A stretch of 64,000 nt of DNA, from positions 11,596,001 to 11,660,000 of the forward strand of contig NC_058383.1 of the NCBI RefSeq assembly GCF_018350175.1, read 5' to 3'. The notes beneath the pieces were generated by a model. The model was not told the DNA's origin, did not search any database, and worked only from the letters and a program-made list of their open reading frames with translations. A program made the position numbers and the translations under genes. Positions 1-11,059 of the stretch are shown piece by piece; the first letter of the stretch is position 1, and every line of letters begins with the position of its first letter. This stretch comes from Felis catus (Eukaryota).

Positions 1-335
1 TGCATTACGCTAAGGGAAAGGAGTCAGTCAGAGAACGGCAAATACCGTATGATTTCACCCATGTGGAATTTAAGAACCAAAACAAATGAGCAAAGGGAAA
101 AAAGAGAGAGAGACAAAGCAAGAAGCCGAGTCTTAATTATAGAGGACAAACTGATGGGTACCAGAGGGAGGTTGGGGGGGGGGGACGGGGAAACAGGTGA
201 TGGGGATTAAGGGGTGCACCTGTCGTGACGAACACCGGGTGTCGTATGGGAGTGTTGACTCACTGTATTGTACACCTGAAATTAATATTACACTGTATGT
301 TAATGAGGCTGGAAGTAAAAGAAAAGAAAAAGGAA
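1..335 (+). mobile_element. LINE-1 3' end (carnivore L1 3'UTR), cut by window edge
   Basis: Typical L1 3'UTR strings (caaataccgtatgatttcac, G-run, tattgtacacctgaaattaatatt) followed by an A-rich tail. Confidence 0.85.
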
Positions 336-754
336 TGAAGAGAATTATTTAAGTTGTTTAAACCTAATGATTCGCACGAAAAGGTGCTATGGTGATTGTC
401 ACGTTGAGGAAACAGACTTATTGCTTCAGTCCTGCCAGTCCGTGTGCGATCCATTCTCTGGATCTAGTGGTGCTGACTCTTTTGGAAGAAGTTCTCCAGC
501 TTTACCCCCCCTTTTAGTGAAAAATGCCTTTGTAGAATTAAAACACATTAGTATGTTTCCCTTCCCCCCTTTCTGTAATGGGATATGTTTCATGCTTTTC
601 ACTGTTATGATTAGATATACAAGGTTCACTGAAAGAAAATTGTTCCCGCCCAGAATTTCTTTTCTGGACCTTATTCTTATTTGTTGTTTAAATTCTCGCT
701 GAAAGCAACTTGGAGAGACAGAGGAGGGCGATGGCACAGAAACGGCCGCCTCGA

Positions 755-1126
755 GCGCAATGGATTCTGTCTCTGCCCCAAGTTCATGGGCTGAAGTCCT
801 AGCCCCCAGTGTGACTGTGTTTGAAGATGGGGCTTTTAGAGAGGTAATCAGGTCAAATGAGGTCATGGGGATGGGGTCCTAGTCCCGTAGGACTGGTGTC
901 CTTATAAGAAGGGGAAGTGACACCAGGGCTGTGCACACCCGGAGAAAAGGCCGAGTGAGGACCCAGCAAGAAGGTGGACGCCTACAAGCCAAGGAGATGG
1001 GCGTCAGAGGCAACCAGCCCTTGGTCCCAGACCGGCAGCCTCCAGGACTGTGAGAATATAAACGTCTGTTGTTGAAACAAGCCAGTCTGTGGCATTTTGT
1101 TATGGCTGCTCTAGCGGGCTGAGACA
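755..1126 (+). mobile_element. MaLR solo LTR, MLT1A-like
   Basis: gaagtcctagcccccagtgtgactgtgtttg...ggactggtgtccttataagaagg...cctccaggactgtgagaatataaa...ttttgttatggctgc match recalled MLT1 motifs. Confidence 0.85.
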
Positions 1127-1444
1127 ATATGCTAGAAGCCCTCAGGGACAGCTGCCGACAGCGTGGCTCTGGCTGGGGGAGCTGGCGGGGCGGGCGTGCG
1201 GAGAGAACGTCAGCCCTCTGGGGGAACGCTCCTGGGGCATCATCCCAAGTGCCGGTTCCTACTTAACGTGGTCCTTCTGGCTCCTCGTGGGCCTTGTGGC
1301 TTCTTTAGTCTGCTGTAAAAGCCTCTGACCTGGGTCTTAGACTAAGGTTTTGACGGGTTAATAAGGAAGAGCCCGGCGTGGGTGCAGGGAATTCAGGGGC
1401 TCATTCAGAGAATTAGGAAGAGCCTGCTTTAACCAGAATGTTGG

Positions 1445-1902
1445 CTCTCAAGGGGGGTGCCCTTACTCCTGTGGGTCCCCAAGACCCTTTCCAGAGAGCC
1501 CTGAGGGCCCCTCTTTGCCACCTGGATGTTTGCGTGAAGCTGAGTTTTTCTACATATAATTTATCCGAAATGACATTCTAATGAAGAAGCGGATGTGGGG
1601 ATCTAGCAGTCTTTCGTTAAGCCGGCGTTAGAAATTTGCAAAAATGTCAATGTCCCGGTCGCACCGTGTGAAAAATACAGTAGGTTTTATAAAAACGCAT
1701 CATTTGTGTTTTCACACGATGAACTCATTGTCATTGAGTTTAATTAACAAGTAAATAATTTCTCAGGTTTGATCCGTAATGTAGCATATATATATATATA
1801 GAATGTAGTTATGCGAGTTATAGCTCACATCAACAAAAGCGTCTTGGGGTCCTCAATAATTTTTTTTCAAGAGAGAAAGAGGGTGCAAAGTGAGCGAGGG
1901 GC

Positions 1903-1935
<33 letters not shown>

Positions 1936-2120
1936 GAAGTGGGGCTCACTCAAAGCGGGGCTCTGGCTCACCCGATGTGGGTGGGACTCGAACTCACAAA
2001 CCGTGAGACCATGGCCTGAGCCGAAGTCAGATGCTTAATGACTGAGCCACCTAGGCACCAGTCCTCAATTACTTTTAAAAGTGCCAAGGGGTCCTAGGGC
2101 AAAAAGTTCGAGAATGTCTC
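1445..2120. mobile_element. hAT-Charlie DNA transposon remnant (Charlie1-like), interrupted by a SINE
   Basis: gggtccccaagaccctttc...aacaaaagcgtcttggggtcctcaataattt...aaggggtcct...aaaaagttcgagaa resembles recalled Charlie1 termini. Confidence 0.65.
1861..2060 (-). mobile_element. Can-SINE (SINEC_Fc)
   Basis: tRNA-like head at the right end, (GA)n body, TSD gtcctcaat at 1849 and 2061. Confidence 0.9.
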
Positions 2121-4339
2121 AGTGAAAATATGGATTATATGTAGAGAAGGAGACCAAGAAAGGTTCAGAAAGGTAGGCCAGGGACACATTGCCCATTGCT
2201 TGAGATGCCAAGGTGACCCTGTGTTTATTTTTGTGAGCAGAATGGAGGCACTGGATGTTCCTGTGCAAGGAAATGACATAGATGGGGCTCTGTTTCTTGA
2301 TAAATGCATCTGGTGGAGAGCACAGATAGGGAGATGAGCCAGCAACCTCTTGTAATATCTCGAGAGGAGTAAGGCAAGGTCAGTCATTCAGGCTAAGAAT
2401 ACAGGGCAGAACAGGGAAGGACCAGACCTCGCAGGAGCCACGTCCATTTGGGCGGGTCAGGGGCTGGGGCCCTATCTCGGCTGTAGCACTCAAAGCGAAG
2501 AAGCTCCCGAGACTCTAAGGGGGACTGCCTTCCGCCAACATGTGACTCTAAGTGAAGGTTTCCATGATTGGTCAATATCTGGTAAATGACTTCCTGTTTC
2601 AGGACAAAACTCCAGCCTTGTTTGGAAACTCACTGGAACCCCAGTGGAAGCCCCCAGACCCGGGTAGTAACTGCAGGTGATCAGGGACGGGGGTGGGGGA
2701 GGGTGGGGTGGGCAGGAAGAAGGAAGAAAAAGAAAATAACGTGTGTCGTGTGCCTATTGTGGCCTGAGAGACGGGCCCGAGGTCACTCAGCGCTCAAGCG
2801 CACGAGAGGAGATTTGAATCCCCGTCTCTCTGTTGCCAGGCTGAGGTCCTTTTCGTGACAGCTTTCTGTCTCCTTCGAAGGAGACAGGGAGCAGAGTTAG
2901 ACGTCTCCCCGAGCTCTAGATGGACATCCAGCCGCCTCCTCCCGGTTGCATGCCTGAGACGTCTCAAACGCATCCTGCCCAGAGGAGGACCTCCGCGCAG
3001 GAAGACCACCCACACCTTCCACCTCTGGCCGCGCCCCACAAGTGCCTAGCCACCTCCTTCCACCTTTACCCTTGCTCTCTTTGCTCCAGCCTCCCAGCCT
3101 CCTTTGCATGTTGCCCCCACACTTTCCCACGCGTGCATAGCTGAACCTGTGGCTCTCTTTGCCTCCTGTCTTGTCCCTAGTTTTTCACGCGACTGCTGCT
3201 TTTTCCATGCCCCAGTTCTCAGCTCAAATATTCCTTCCCCCGCGTGGCTTGCCCTGATTTCCACCATGAAGAGGGCCAACTCTCCCACAGTTGTTCCCCG
3301 TCGCGCCGCCATGTTTCTCTCTCTCTGGTAGCTGTTGCTACCTGGGGATGCATGTTTATCTGCGTATGGTCCGGCTCCCACCCCAACCAGAATATACAGT
3401 TCTTGAGGGTGAGGGTATTTCATAGCCCCAGGGCTTTGTACGAGGCTGTGGCATGCAGCAGGGGCTCAATAAAGATTTGTTGAAGGGGTGAAGGAAGAGA
3501 AGGCAGCCATCTAAGTCACCCAGTGAGAATGGATAGGTGTCAGACACAGAGTGGGGTGCTGCAGGTGCTGTGGAAAGTTGTTTCATCCTGGTGGGAGCAG
3601 GGGGACCTGATGGCTGATGATTCCTTCCTGCGTAAGTTTGAATGGACCTGAGAACCGGGGGAGAGGAGAGTGGGGCAGCCATGCGGTCACCAGCGGCTCT
3701 GCTCAGGGCAACCGGTTCCATTTTCCCTGGAGCTCCTATGCTTTGCACCGACTCCGGTGGACAACCTGGGGGCAGATGGTTCCACTCTTCTGTGCTCTGT
3801 TTCTTGAGGGGGCGCCTCCGGCTCTGAGCTCAGGGCAGAGTAGAGAAAAATACCTCTTGAGAATGGTTCTCTTGCTCCCAGATCTGTTCGATCTGTCTTC
3901 CGTCACCCCTGAAGGCATCCCCTCGTCCCCTCCCCGAAACCCAAACACCCTAAACATACATCAGGTTGACCAAAGGGATCACTTCCTCCAAGGGAAGGAG
4001 CATTAAGCAAGTCTTCCCTAGACTCTGTTGAGTGCAGGAACCTCAGATAGTCACTCCAAAGGAGACCGAGGGAAATTATTCTGGATGCCCTTCTCAATAA
4101 GTGTGAAAGAAAAAGGGGACGTAGTTTTTTTTTTAATTAAGAAATTATGTATTTAATTGAAAAAGTTTTTATTCAAATATAATTAACATACAGTGTTATA
4201 TGAGTTTCAGGTATACAATATAGCGATTCAACGATTCTATACATTCTCAGTGCTCACGATGGTAAATGTATTCTTGAATCCCTTTTATCTGTGTCTCACT
4301 TTCCCCTCCCCTGGCAGCCACATTTTCTCTCTGTATTTT

Positions 4340-4598
4340 TTAATTTAATTTAATTTAATTTAATTTAATTTTATTTTATTTTATTACTTTTTAAAGATTA
4401 TTTATTTATTTTGAGAGAGACAGAGCTAGCACGAGGGGGGAAGGGGCAGAGACAGAGGGAGAGAGAGAGAATCTCAAGTAGGCTCCATGCTGCCGGTGCA
4501 GAGCCTGACGTGGGGCTTGAACTCACCAAACCACGAGGTCATGACCTGAGCCCAAACGAAGAGTCGGACACTTAACCGACTGAGATACCCAGGCGCCC
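4340..4598 (-). mobile_element. Can-SINE
   Basis: SINE head ending aggcgccc; TSD tctctgtatttt at 4328-4339 and 4599-4610. Confidence 0.92.
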
Positions 4599-4795
4599 TC
4601 TCTGTATTTTAGAGTCTGCTTTTGTGTTTGTCTTCTTGTGTGTCTATTTGTTCTGTTTCCTAAATTCCACACAGGACTGAGATCATGTGGTATTTGCCCA
4701 TCTCTGATTTATTTCACTTGGCATAATGCCTTCCAGATCCGTCCATGTTGTTGCAAATGGCAAGACGCCATTCTTTTCTGTGGCTGAGTAATATT

Positions 4796-4797
<2 letters not shown>

Positions 4798-4839
<42 letters not shown>
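4798..4839. repeat. (TG)n microsatellite
   Basis: Direct reading. Confidence 0.95.
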
Positions 4840-4841
<2 letters not shown>

Positions 4842-5527
4842 CACGTGTGTGTGTGTATATGCCATATCTTCTTTTTCCATTCATCTATCGAAAAGATGGC
4901 TCAGATCACCACACACCGTGGCTACCCGGCTTAATAACGATCGCAGAAGGATGGCATAATCTCGCCTTGTCCTAACTCATCGACCCCATAGAACTTGTCT
5001 GCCCCTCGAAGTGGGAGGACCCTTGCCGTTTGCCTAGTGGGAGGTAACGTTCTGTTCGCAGGAAGACAGAACGCAGAGCAGCTCTTGGGGGCTTAAGGCT
5101 CCCACCATGGGCTTCACTCTGGCTTGGCTCTCGCTTGTCCTTCAGAATCTGGAAGAAGCCTGGTTAATGAACAGTAAGGTTGGCCTCGCCAGCCCCAGCT
5201 GAAATTTCCTTCCGCCTATGACAATTTCACCTGCTGTTCTCCCTTCACTGGGGCCCAGGTAGAAACCAGAGCAAGTCGGGAAAGGTTTAATTGGGCCCCA
5301 AATGTGATTAGCCAAGACTGGCTCAAATATGCTCCGCTGGTGTTGAACGTGCCACAAATCCTAGCATTACCCGCAGGTCCTAAAATCCTCTCTGCTTTTT
5401 AAGGTTCCTCGCCTAGTCTACTCAAGTTGCAATTTTACATCAAAGGGTAACATCTATATTGGCGATGACTTTATAGTTTATCTTAATATAAGGGGTAAAA
5501 AATGTCATGTTTTAAAGTAGTTTTTTT

Positions 5528-5994
5528 ATTTTTTAAAATTATTTATTTAGTTTTTGAATTTTATTTTTTATTTTTTAACATTTACATCCAGATTAGCATA
5601 TAGTGACACAATGATTTCAGGAGTAGATTCCTTAATTCCCCTTCCCCATTTAGCCCATCTCCCCTCCCCCAACCCCTCCAGCAACCCTCAGTTTGTTCTC
5701 CATATTTATGAGTCTCTTCTGTTTTGTCCCCCTCCCTGTTTTTATATTATTTTTGTTTCCCTTTCCTTATGTTCATGTTTTGTCTCTTAAAGTCCTCATA
5801 GGAGTGAAGTCATATGATTTTTGTCTTTCTCTGACTAATTTCACTTAGCATAATACCCTCCAGTTCCGTCCACGTAGTTGCAAATGGCAAGATTTCATTC
5901 TTTTTTGATTGCCGAGTAATACTCCATTGTAAATATATCTAGACCACATCTTCTTTACCCATTCATCTATCGATGGGCATTTGGGCTCTTTCCA
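5528..5994 (-). mobile_element. 5'-truncated, relatively young LINE-1 with intact TSD
   Basis: T-rich tail at left, antisense L1 3'UTR, TSD ttaaagtagttttttt at 5512-5527 and 5995-6010. Confidence 0.9.
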
Positions 5995-6834
5995 TTAAAG
6001 TAGTTTTTTTTTTTTTTTTTAAAAAAAACAATGGTTTTAACAATGTTATATACTTTTAAGGGAATCTGGTAAGCAGTTGACCGAATCTGGTACGTTGTAA
6101 TTTTCAGTGTTATACAGACAGAGGAACAAGAATGGGGGAGTTGGGCTCTGTTCTGAGAGGCCGAACAGATACTGGGATGTTCGCAGAAAGGACAACAGAT
6201 CAGGCCACACCCTCCCCCTGGGCTCTGGATGGGACTCCTTGACAACAGGGTCCCCTTCCTGGCCCCCTTCACATTAGAAAGAAGTATAATTCAGGCTCAC
6301 GAGACCTTCTCGGAATTATCATTTCTAGCTCTGGCATTTGGGACAAAACCCTTAACTGACTTCATCTTGGTCACACGAAGTCAAGGGAGACTGGGGCGGG
6401 AAGTTTAGGGGGAAAAAAACACATGACGTGAATCTGCAGCTTTAGTCTCAGCCTGGCTGTGCCTCCAACATGAGCTGTACCTTTAGGAGGACCCGTGAAC
6501 CTCATAGTCATGTTCTTCATCTGGAAAAGGAGGGATTTGGCAAGGTGGCCCCTGTGTATTATGGTTTCTGGCTCTGTGATTTCCTGGCCGTATCCCAGAT
6601 TCCCAATGACGTGCGTTGTTTTGAATCAATGGATTGGTCTGTTGAGTAGCAACAATATATTTAGCTCCATGCTAAATTCTACAATCAAAAGCGTTGCACA
6701 GACATTGGGCTAGGTGCTACAAAGAGGTACAGAGGGATAAAGAACGGTCCCTTCCCTCTAAAAGTGTACGGTTCTATTTTAGAGAGCTGTGAAGAAGGAG
6801 GAGGAGGGGGAGAAGGATAATCACAAGAAATTTA

Positions 6835-7049
6835 AAAAATTTTTTTCAACGTTTATTTATTTTTGGGACAGAGAGAGACAGAGCATGAACGGGGGAAGGG
6901 CAGAGAGAGAGGGAGACACAGAATCGGAAACAGGCTCCAGGCTCTGAGCCATCAGCCCAGAGCCCGACGCAGGGCTTGAACTCCCGGACCGCGAGATCGT
7001 GACCTGGCTGAAGTCGGATGCTTAACCGACTGCGCCACCCAGGCGCCCC
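6835..7049 (-). mobile_element. Can-SINE, young felid subfamily
   Basis: Diagnostic gacctggctgaagtcgg and tttttgggacag; TSD aatcacaagaaattta at 6819-6834 and 7050-7065. Confidence 0.95.
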
Positions 7050-7322
7050 AATCACAAGAAATTTATATCAAAGACTTCCGCTTCCAGGCGGATGGATTAG
7101 CTGGAACCCAACCTGAGTCCTGCCTGGGACACCTGGAAAAGGCGGGTGAAATGCAGAGGTCATGTGTTTGAAGGCAGCAGAGAACTCTCTAGAGAGAATT
7201 AGAGGATGGAAGAGAGAAAAAGTTTGGGCTGGGCGTGGCGCTGGCCTGTGGCTTGGGGGGCTTGCCCTTCAGGGCACGAGCCGGGCCGGAACCCAGTGCA
7301 GAACCCATGCTGTGTTGGTTTC

Positions 7323-7358
7323 TCGGATGCTCAACAGACTGAGCCACCCAGGGGCCCC
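7323..7358 (-). mobile_element. Orphan Can-SINE 5' head fragment
   Basis: tcggatgctcaacagactgagccacccaggggcccc with no SINE body. Confidence 0.8.
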
Positions 7359-7359
7359 C

Positions 7360-7530
7360 TCATCTCTTTTGATAAGGACATCTGTCCTATTGGATTAGGG
7401 CCCATGCTACCGACCTCATTTCAACTTACCTCTTTGAAGACCTGTGTCCAAATCCGGTCACAAATGGCGGTCCTGGAGGTTAGGATTTCTACATTTGTAT
7501 TTGGTGGGGACTCTGTTTAGCATATGTGAC
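7360..7530 (-). mobile_element. MLT1 LTR, 5' half only
   Basis: gataaggacatctgtcctattggattagggccc...gacctcattt...ggaggttaggatt. Confidence 0.75.
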
Positions 7531-7777
7531 TTACAAATCGTGGAAGTGGACCCTTTCAGAGCAGGGCTGACAGGCAGAAACACCAACCCAGCTTTGGAGG
7601 GGAATTTTCAGGATTCAGGTACTCAGCCAGTTTTCCTCTGAGAAAATTCATCAGATACCGGGCCTTTGCAGGGCGAGACACTAAAATCCGAAAGAGACTC
7701 ACAAAGGAGTTTTTTTTGACAGTCTTGCAAGGCTAAGATTAGGTTCCGCACCAGCCAAACGTTGGGACTTTGCTCTT

Positions 7778-8161
7778 CTCACACTGCTGGGGCTGCGATA
7801 ATGAAATACCACAGAGCAAGGGGCTAAAACGACAGAAACTTATTTCTTCGCAGCTCTGGGGGCTGGACGTCCAAGATCAAGGGGTTAGCAGGGCGGGTTT
7901 CTTCCACGGCATCTCTCCTGGAGTTGGATGCAGGTGGCTGTCCCTTGCTATTTTGCACATGACCTTTCCTCTGTGCACGTGCATCCTTGGTGTTTCCTCC
8001 TTTTCTTATAAGGACACCGGGTCCCTTGGATCAGGCCCAAACTCTAATGACTGCAATTAACCTTAATTACTTCCTTAATGACCCCATCTGCAGATACAGT
8101 CCCATCGGGGGGTAGGGTTTCAACACATGAATTTGGGGGAGACACAATTCCGTCCCTAACA
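7778..8161 (-). mobile_element. MaLR solo LTR, MLT1A-like
   Basis: Antisense motifs cagaaacttatttctt...ttcttataaggacacc...catgaatttgggggagacacaattc...aaca. Confidence 0.85.
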
Positions 8162-9044
8162 GAGCCCCACAGGATAAGTCAGTCTCTCGTTAGAGGGCTC
8201 AGGGGGCCGGTAATGGGCCAGAAGTAGACAGAGCCTCCCCGGGGCGGTGACGGATCCTCCAATGACGGAATGAACGTGTTTCGTGAGCAGGAGTAAGGAT
8301 GTTCAAGAGGGGTGCGAGGCAGGTGGCAGGCCCAGACATCTCTGACGGTGGAAGCCTGCTTTCACGGAACGCGCTGCAAGGCAGGTGTTCCAAGCACGCT
8401 TGTCAAGAAGATGGACCTACGGCATCTATCTATCTGCACAAGGTTTTCGGAGCTTCTCCTGCTATTCGTGGATCCTTCGCAAACTTTGTTCTACACATAC
8501 TCTGGCCACTCACAGGGCCGGGGTATCTTCTCCTTTCTCCATCTAATCAACTCCGACGTGTCCATCCAGCTGCAGCGAGATTACTGTCACTTCTCTGGAG
8601 CATTTCCTGGTTTCCAGGCCTCACTGGTTTACATCATCTTGTGCTTACCGCTTACGCTTGCCCTGGAAGCAACATTGTGCTATCCCAAGTTTTAAAATGA
8701 TGAGATGTGCCCAACGTACGAGGCACAGACCAGAATTCAGTACACATCCACGTACCCACTATACAGCTGAAAAGCCAAGGGATAATTGTTGAAGCTTTTC
8801 AAAATTCTCCCGGAACACATTTTCCCCTTTCCTTCTTCCCTGGAGGGGCGGGGGTGGGGGGGGGGACTCTCCAGCCTGAATTTAGTGCCTATGAAATTGG
8901 TAATTAGTGCAGATGACAGGCATCCCTCTGTTATTCTCTCGTAAAGACGAGCCTTGTGTCTCAGACCATTCGGATAATGAGCTCTCACCTTTGGGTATAG
9001 GCAGAGAATTCACGTGTGGACTTTGGTGTTACTTGGCATTATAG

Positions 9045-9220
9045 TGACGAGGACACCTCCTTGACCTAACTTTGGTCAGGCTCCTCTGAGCTCGATCTTG
9101 GACTAGGCCTGGCCTTTGGCCTGCCGAGGGCAATTTTAGCAAGAGTCCCCTGAACCTTGATATGCAGCTAAGCGCCCTATCCCGCTCCCCCCACCTGTGA
9201 TGTTCACTCTGTCACCTCCT
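9045..9220 (+). mobile_element. ERV1 LTR 5' portion (MER67/MER31-like)
   Basis: Starts TG; ctccttgacctaactttggtcaggctcctctgag...ttttagcaagag matches the recalled MER67/MER31 start. Confidence 0.7.
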
Positions 9221-9249
9221 TCGGACCCTCCATACCTAACCCCGTCCTG

Positions 9250-9530
9250 AAAGACCATCACCACTCTCTACAGAGGACATAGGCAGGGGAAGATCCAAAA
9301 CTACACAGACAGAGGGGAGGATGGTGTGAAGACAGAGGCAGAGACTAGAGCAAGGTGGCCACAAGCCAACAAATGTTGGCAGCCACTGGGAGCTGGAAGA
9401 GGCTTTCCCTAGACCCTTTGGAGGGAAAATGCCACGGCTGACTCTTTGATTTCAGAATTCTGGCCTCACATCACTGTGAGGAAATAAAATTCTATTATTT
9501 TAAGCCACCAAGTTTGTGGTATTTTGGCAC
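9250..9530 (+). mobile_element. MLT1 (MLT1D-like) LTR 3' portion
   Basis: gaagacagaggcagagact...ggccacaagcca...agctggaagagg...ttaagccaccaagtttgtggta. Confidence 0.8.
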
Positions 9531-9555
9531 AAGTCTCTCTTTGGCACAAGACTTT

Positions 9556-9694
9556 TGACAAAATCTCTCTCGGACCAGACATCGCTTAGGCTCCTTTGAG
9601 GTCAGAGTCGAGCGTGGCCTGTCCTCATTATTGCAGTAGCTTTGAATAAAGTCTTCCGGTTTTAACGAGTGTCAGAATAATTTCTTATTGAACA
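9556..9694 (+). mobile_element. Internally deleted ERV1 5' LTR (MER67/MER31-like)
   Basis: TGACAAA start, AATAAA at 9645-9650, ends ...aaCA, and is followed by a PBS. Confidence 0.7.
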
Positions 9695-9698
9695 GTTA

Positions 9699-9717
9699 TG
9701 GTGCCTGTGACTTGGAC
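9699..9717 (+). promoter_or_regulatory. Retroviral primer-binding site, tRNA-His-like
   Basis: tggtgcctgtgacttggac versus the tRNA-His PBS TGGTGCCGTGACTCGGAT, 4 nt after the LTR end. Confidence 0.7.
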
Positions 9718-9994
9718 AGGATCAGATTCATCATTGGACCCCCTGGCCTTTCATCCAGGACCCCGGGTGCACACCTCAAGCCGTCGTCTTCACAGATGAT
9801 GGATCGGCGATCCATTTGTGAGTCTGACTCTTGACCCAATAGGTTGCTCAGATTTTGATGCTTAAGATTCTCAGTATACTCTAGAAGCTGGATTTGAATC
9901 CTAGGCAAGTAGAGGCTGAGTTACAATCCCTGGCATCTCTGTTCCTAAGACACTGGGACTGGATTTAAAAAAATTTTAATGTTTATTTATTTTT

Positions 9995-10025
<31 letters not shown>

Positions 10026-10925
10026 TAAGCTGGGGAGGGGCAGAGAGAGAGGGAGACACAGAATTAGAAGCAGGTTCCAGGCTCTGAGCTGTCAGCACAG
10101 AGCCAGACATCGGGCTCGAACTCACGAACTGTGAGATCATGACCTGAGCCGAAGCCGGATGCTTAACCGACAGAGCCACCCAGGTGCCCCACACTAGGAC
10201 TGGATTAGAGTCTCAGGCTTTTGCACTGAGCCTCTCATTTGACTGAAATCCCTCTTTGTGAACCTCTGATGGCTGGATACGCCACCATGATGGCACTTTC
10301 TGTCTACTTCACTCCTCGTTGCTAACGGCTTTACCAAGAGTAATTTGGGAGTTCATTTTTCTCTTTGGAAAAACTTAAGATCTTCCCAAATTGGTTCCTC
10401 TAAGACCTCTTTGACCACCTTCAACCTTCCTACCAGTTCCCTGGTGCACCCTTCAAACCTCTTCCACCTCTCTCTCCACCCTGCTAGAACTTTCTCTGCC
10501 CACTCCAGCCCTACAGCCCCCTGGAGCTTTAGGCCCCCTTCCCCCACTGGGGCTCTCAAAGGACTGGAAATTAGAAAGAAGTGTAATTCAGGCTCATGAG
10601 ACTGAAAGCAACTACAGAGCAGGGCAAATGAAAATCCTAAAAGCCTCCCCTACAAATAATTGGTAAAAAAAAAACAACAACAACAAAAAAAACCTTGAAC
10701 TGTCACAGCAAGCAGGTAGGCTTAACTTGTCCCATCTGTCAGAAACGCAATTTGGGTAAAAATAGGAGGTGGGCAAAGAGGAGAGCCAACTCTTTTATAT
10801 GAAACAGTGAGTTTCATGTTATTGTGTTTACTCGACTCGTTGAGACTTACAAGGTCTCTGTTTGTGCCCGTCCGTATGTTTACCTATGTATGTATGTTAC
10901 GCATATGTGATATTTTTCTGCCTCC
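9718..10925 (+). mobile_element. ERV1 (MER4-group) internal region, 5' part
   Basis: Follows the PBS; ends with the MER4-group-like tgtatgtatgttacgcatatgtgatatttttctgcctcc; no intact ORF. Confidence 0.7.
9966..10190 (-). mobile_element. Can-SINE
   Basis: TSD acact(g/a)ggactggatt at 9950-9965 and 10191-10206. Confidence 0.95.
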
Positions 10926-10926
10926 A

Positions 10927-11059
10927 CGCAGCCTGACCTCATTTTCACTTGATTACCTCTGTGAAAACCGTATCTTTACATCGGGTCACGTTCTGAGGTA
11001 TAAGGAGTCAAGACTTCAACTGTCTTTTTCTCCGGTAGCGGGACAGAACTTCATCAACA
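10927..11059 (-). mobile_element. MLT1 (MLT1C-like) LTR 5' half
   Basis: Reverse complement reads tgttgatgaagttctgtcc...gttgaagtcttgactcc...tacctcagaacgtgacc...cagaggtaatcaagtgaaaatgaggtca. Confidence 0.8.

Larger units (their letters stand above)
4145..4892 (-). mobile_element. LINE-1 3' end remnant, interrupted by a SINE and (TG)n
   Basis: Antisense L1 3'UTR motifs such as ttcacttggcataatgccttccagatccgtccatgttgttgcaaatggcaag. Confidence 0.85.
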
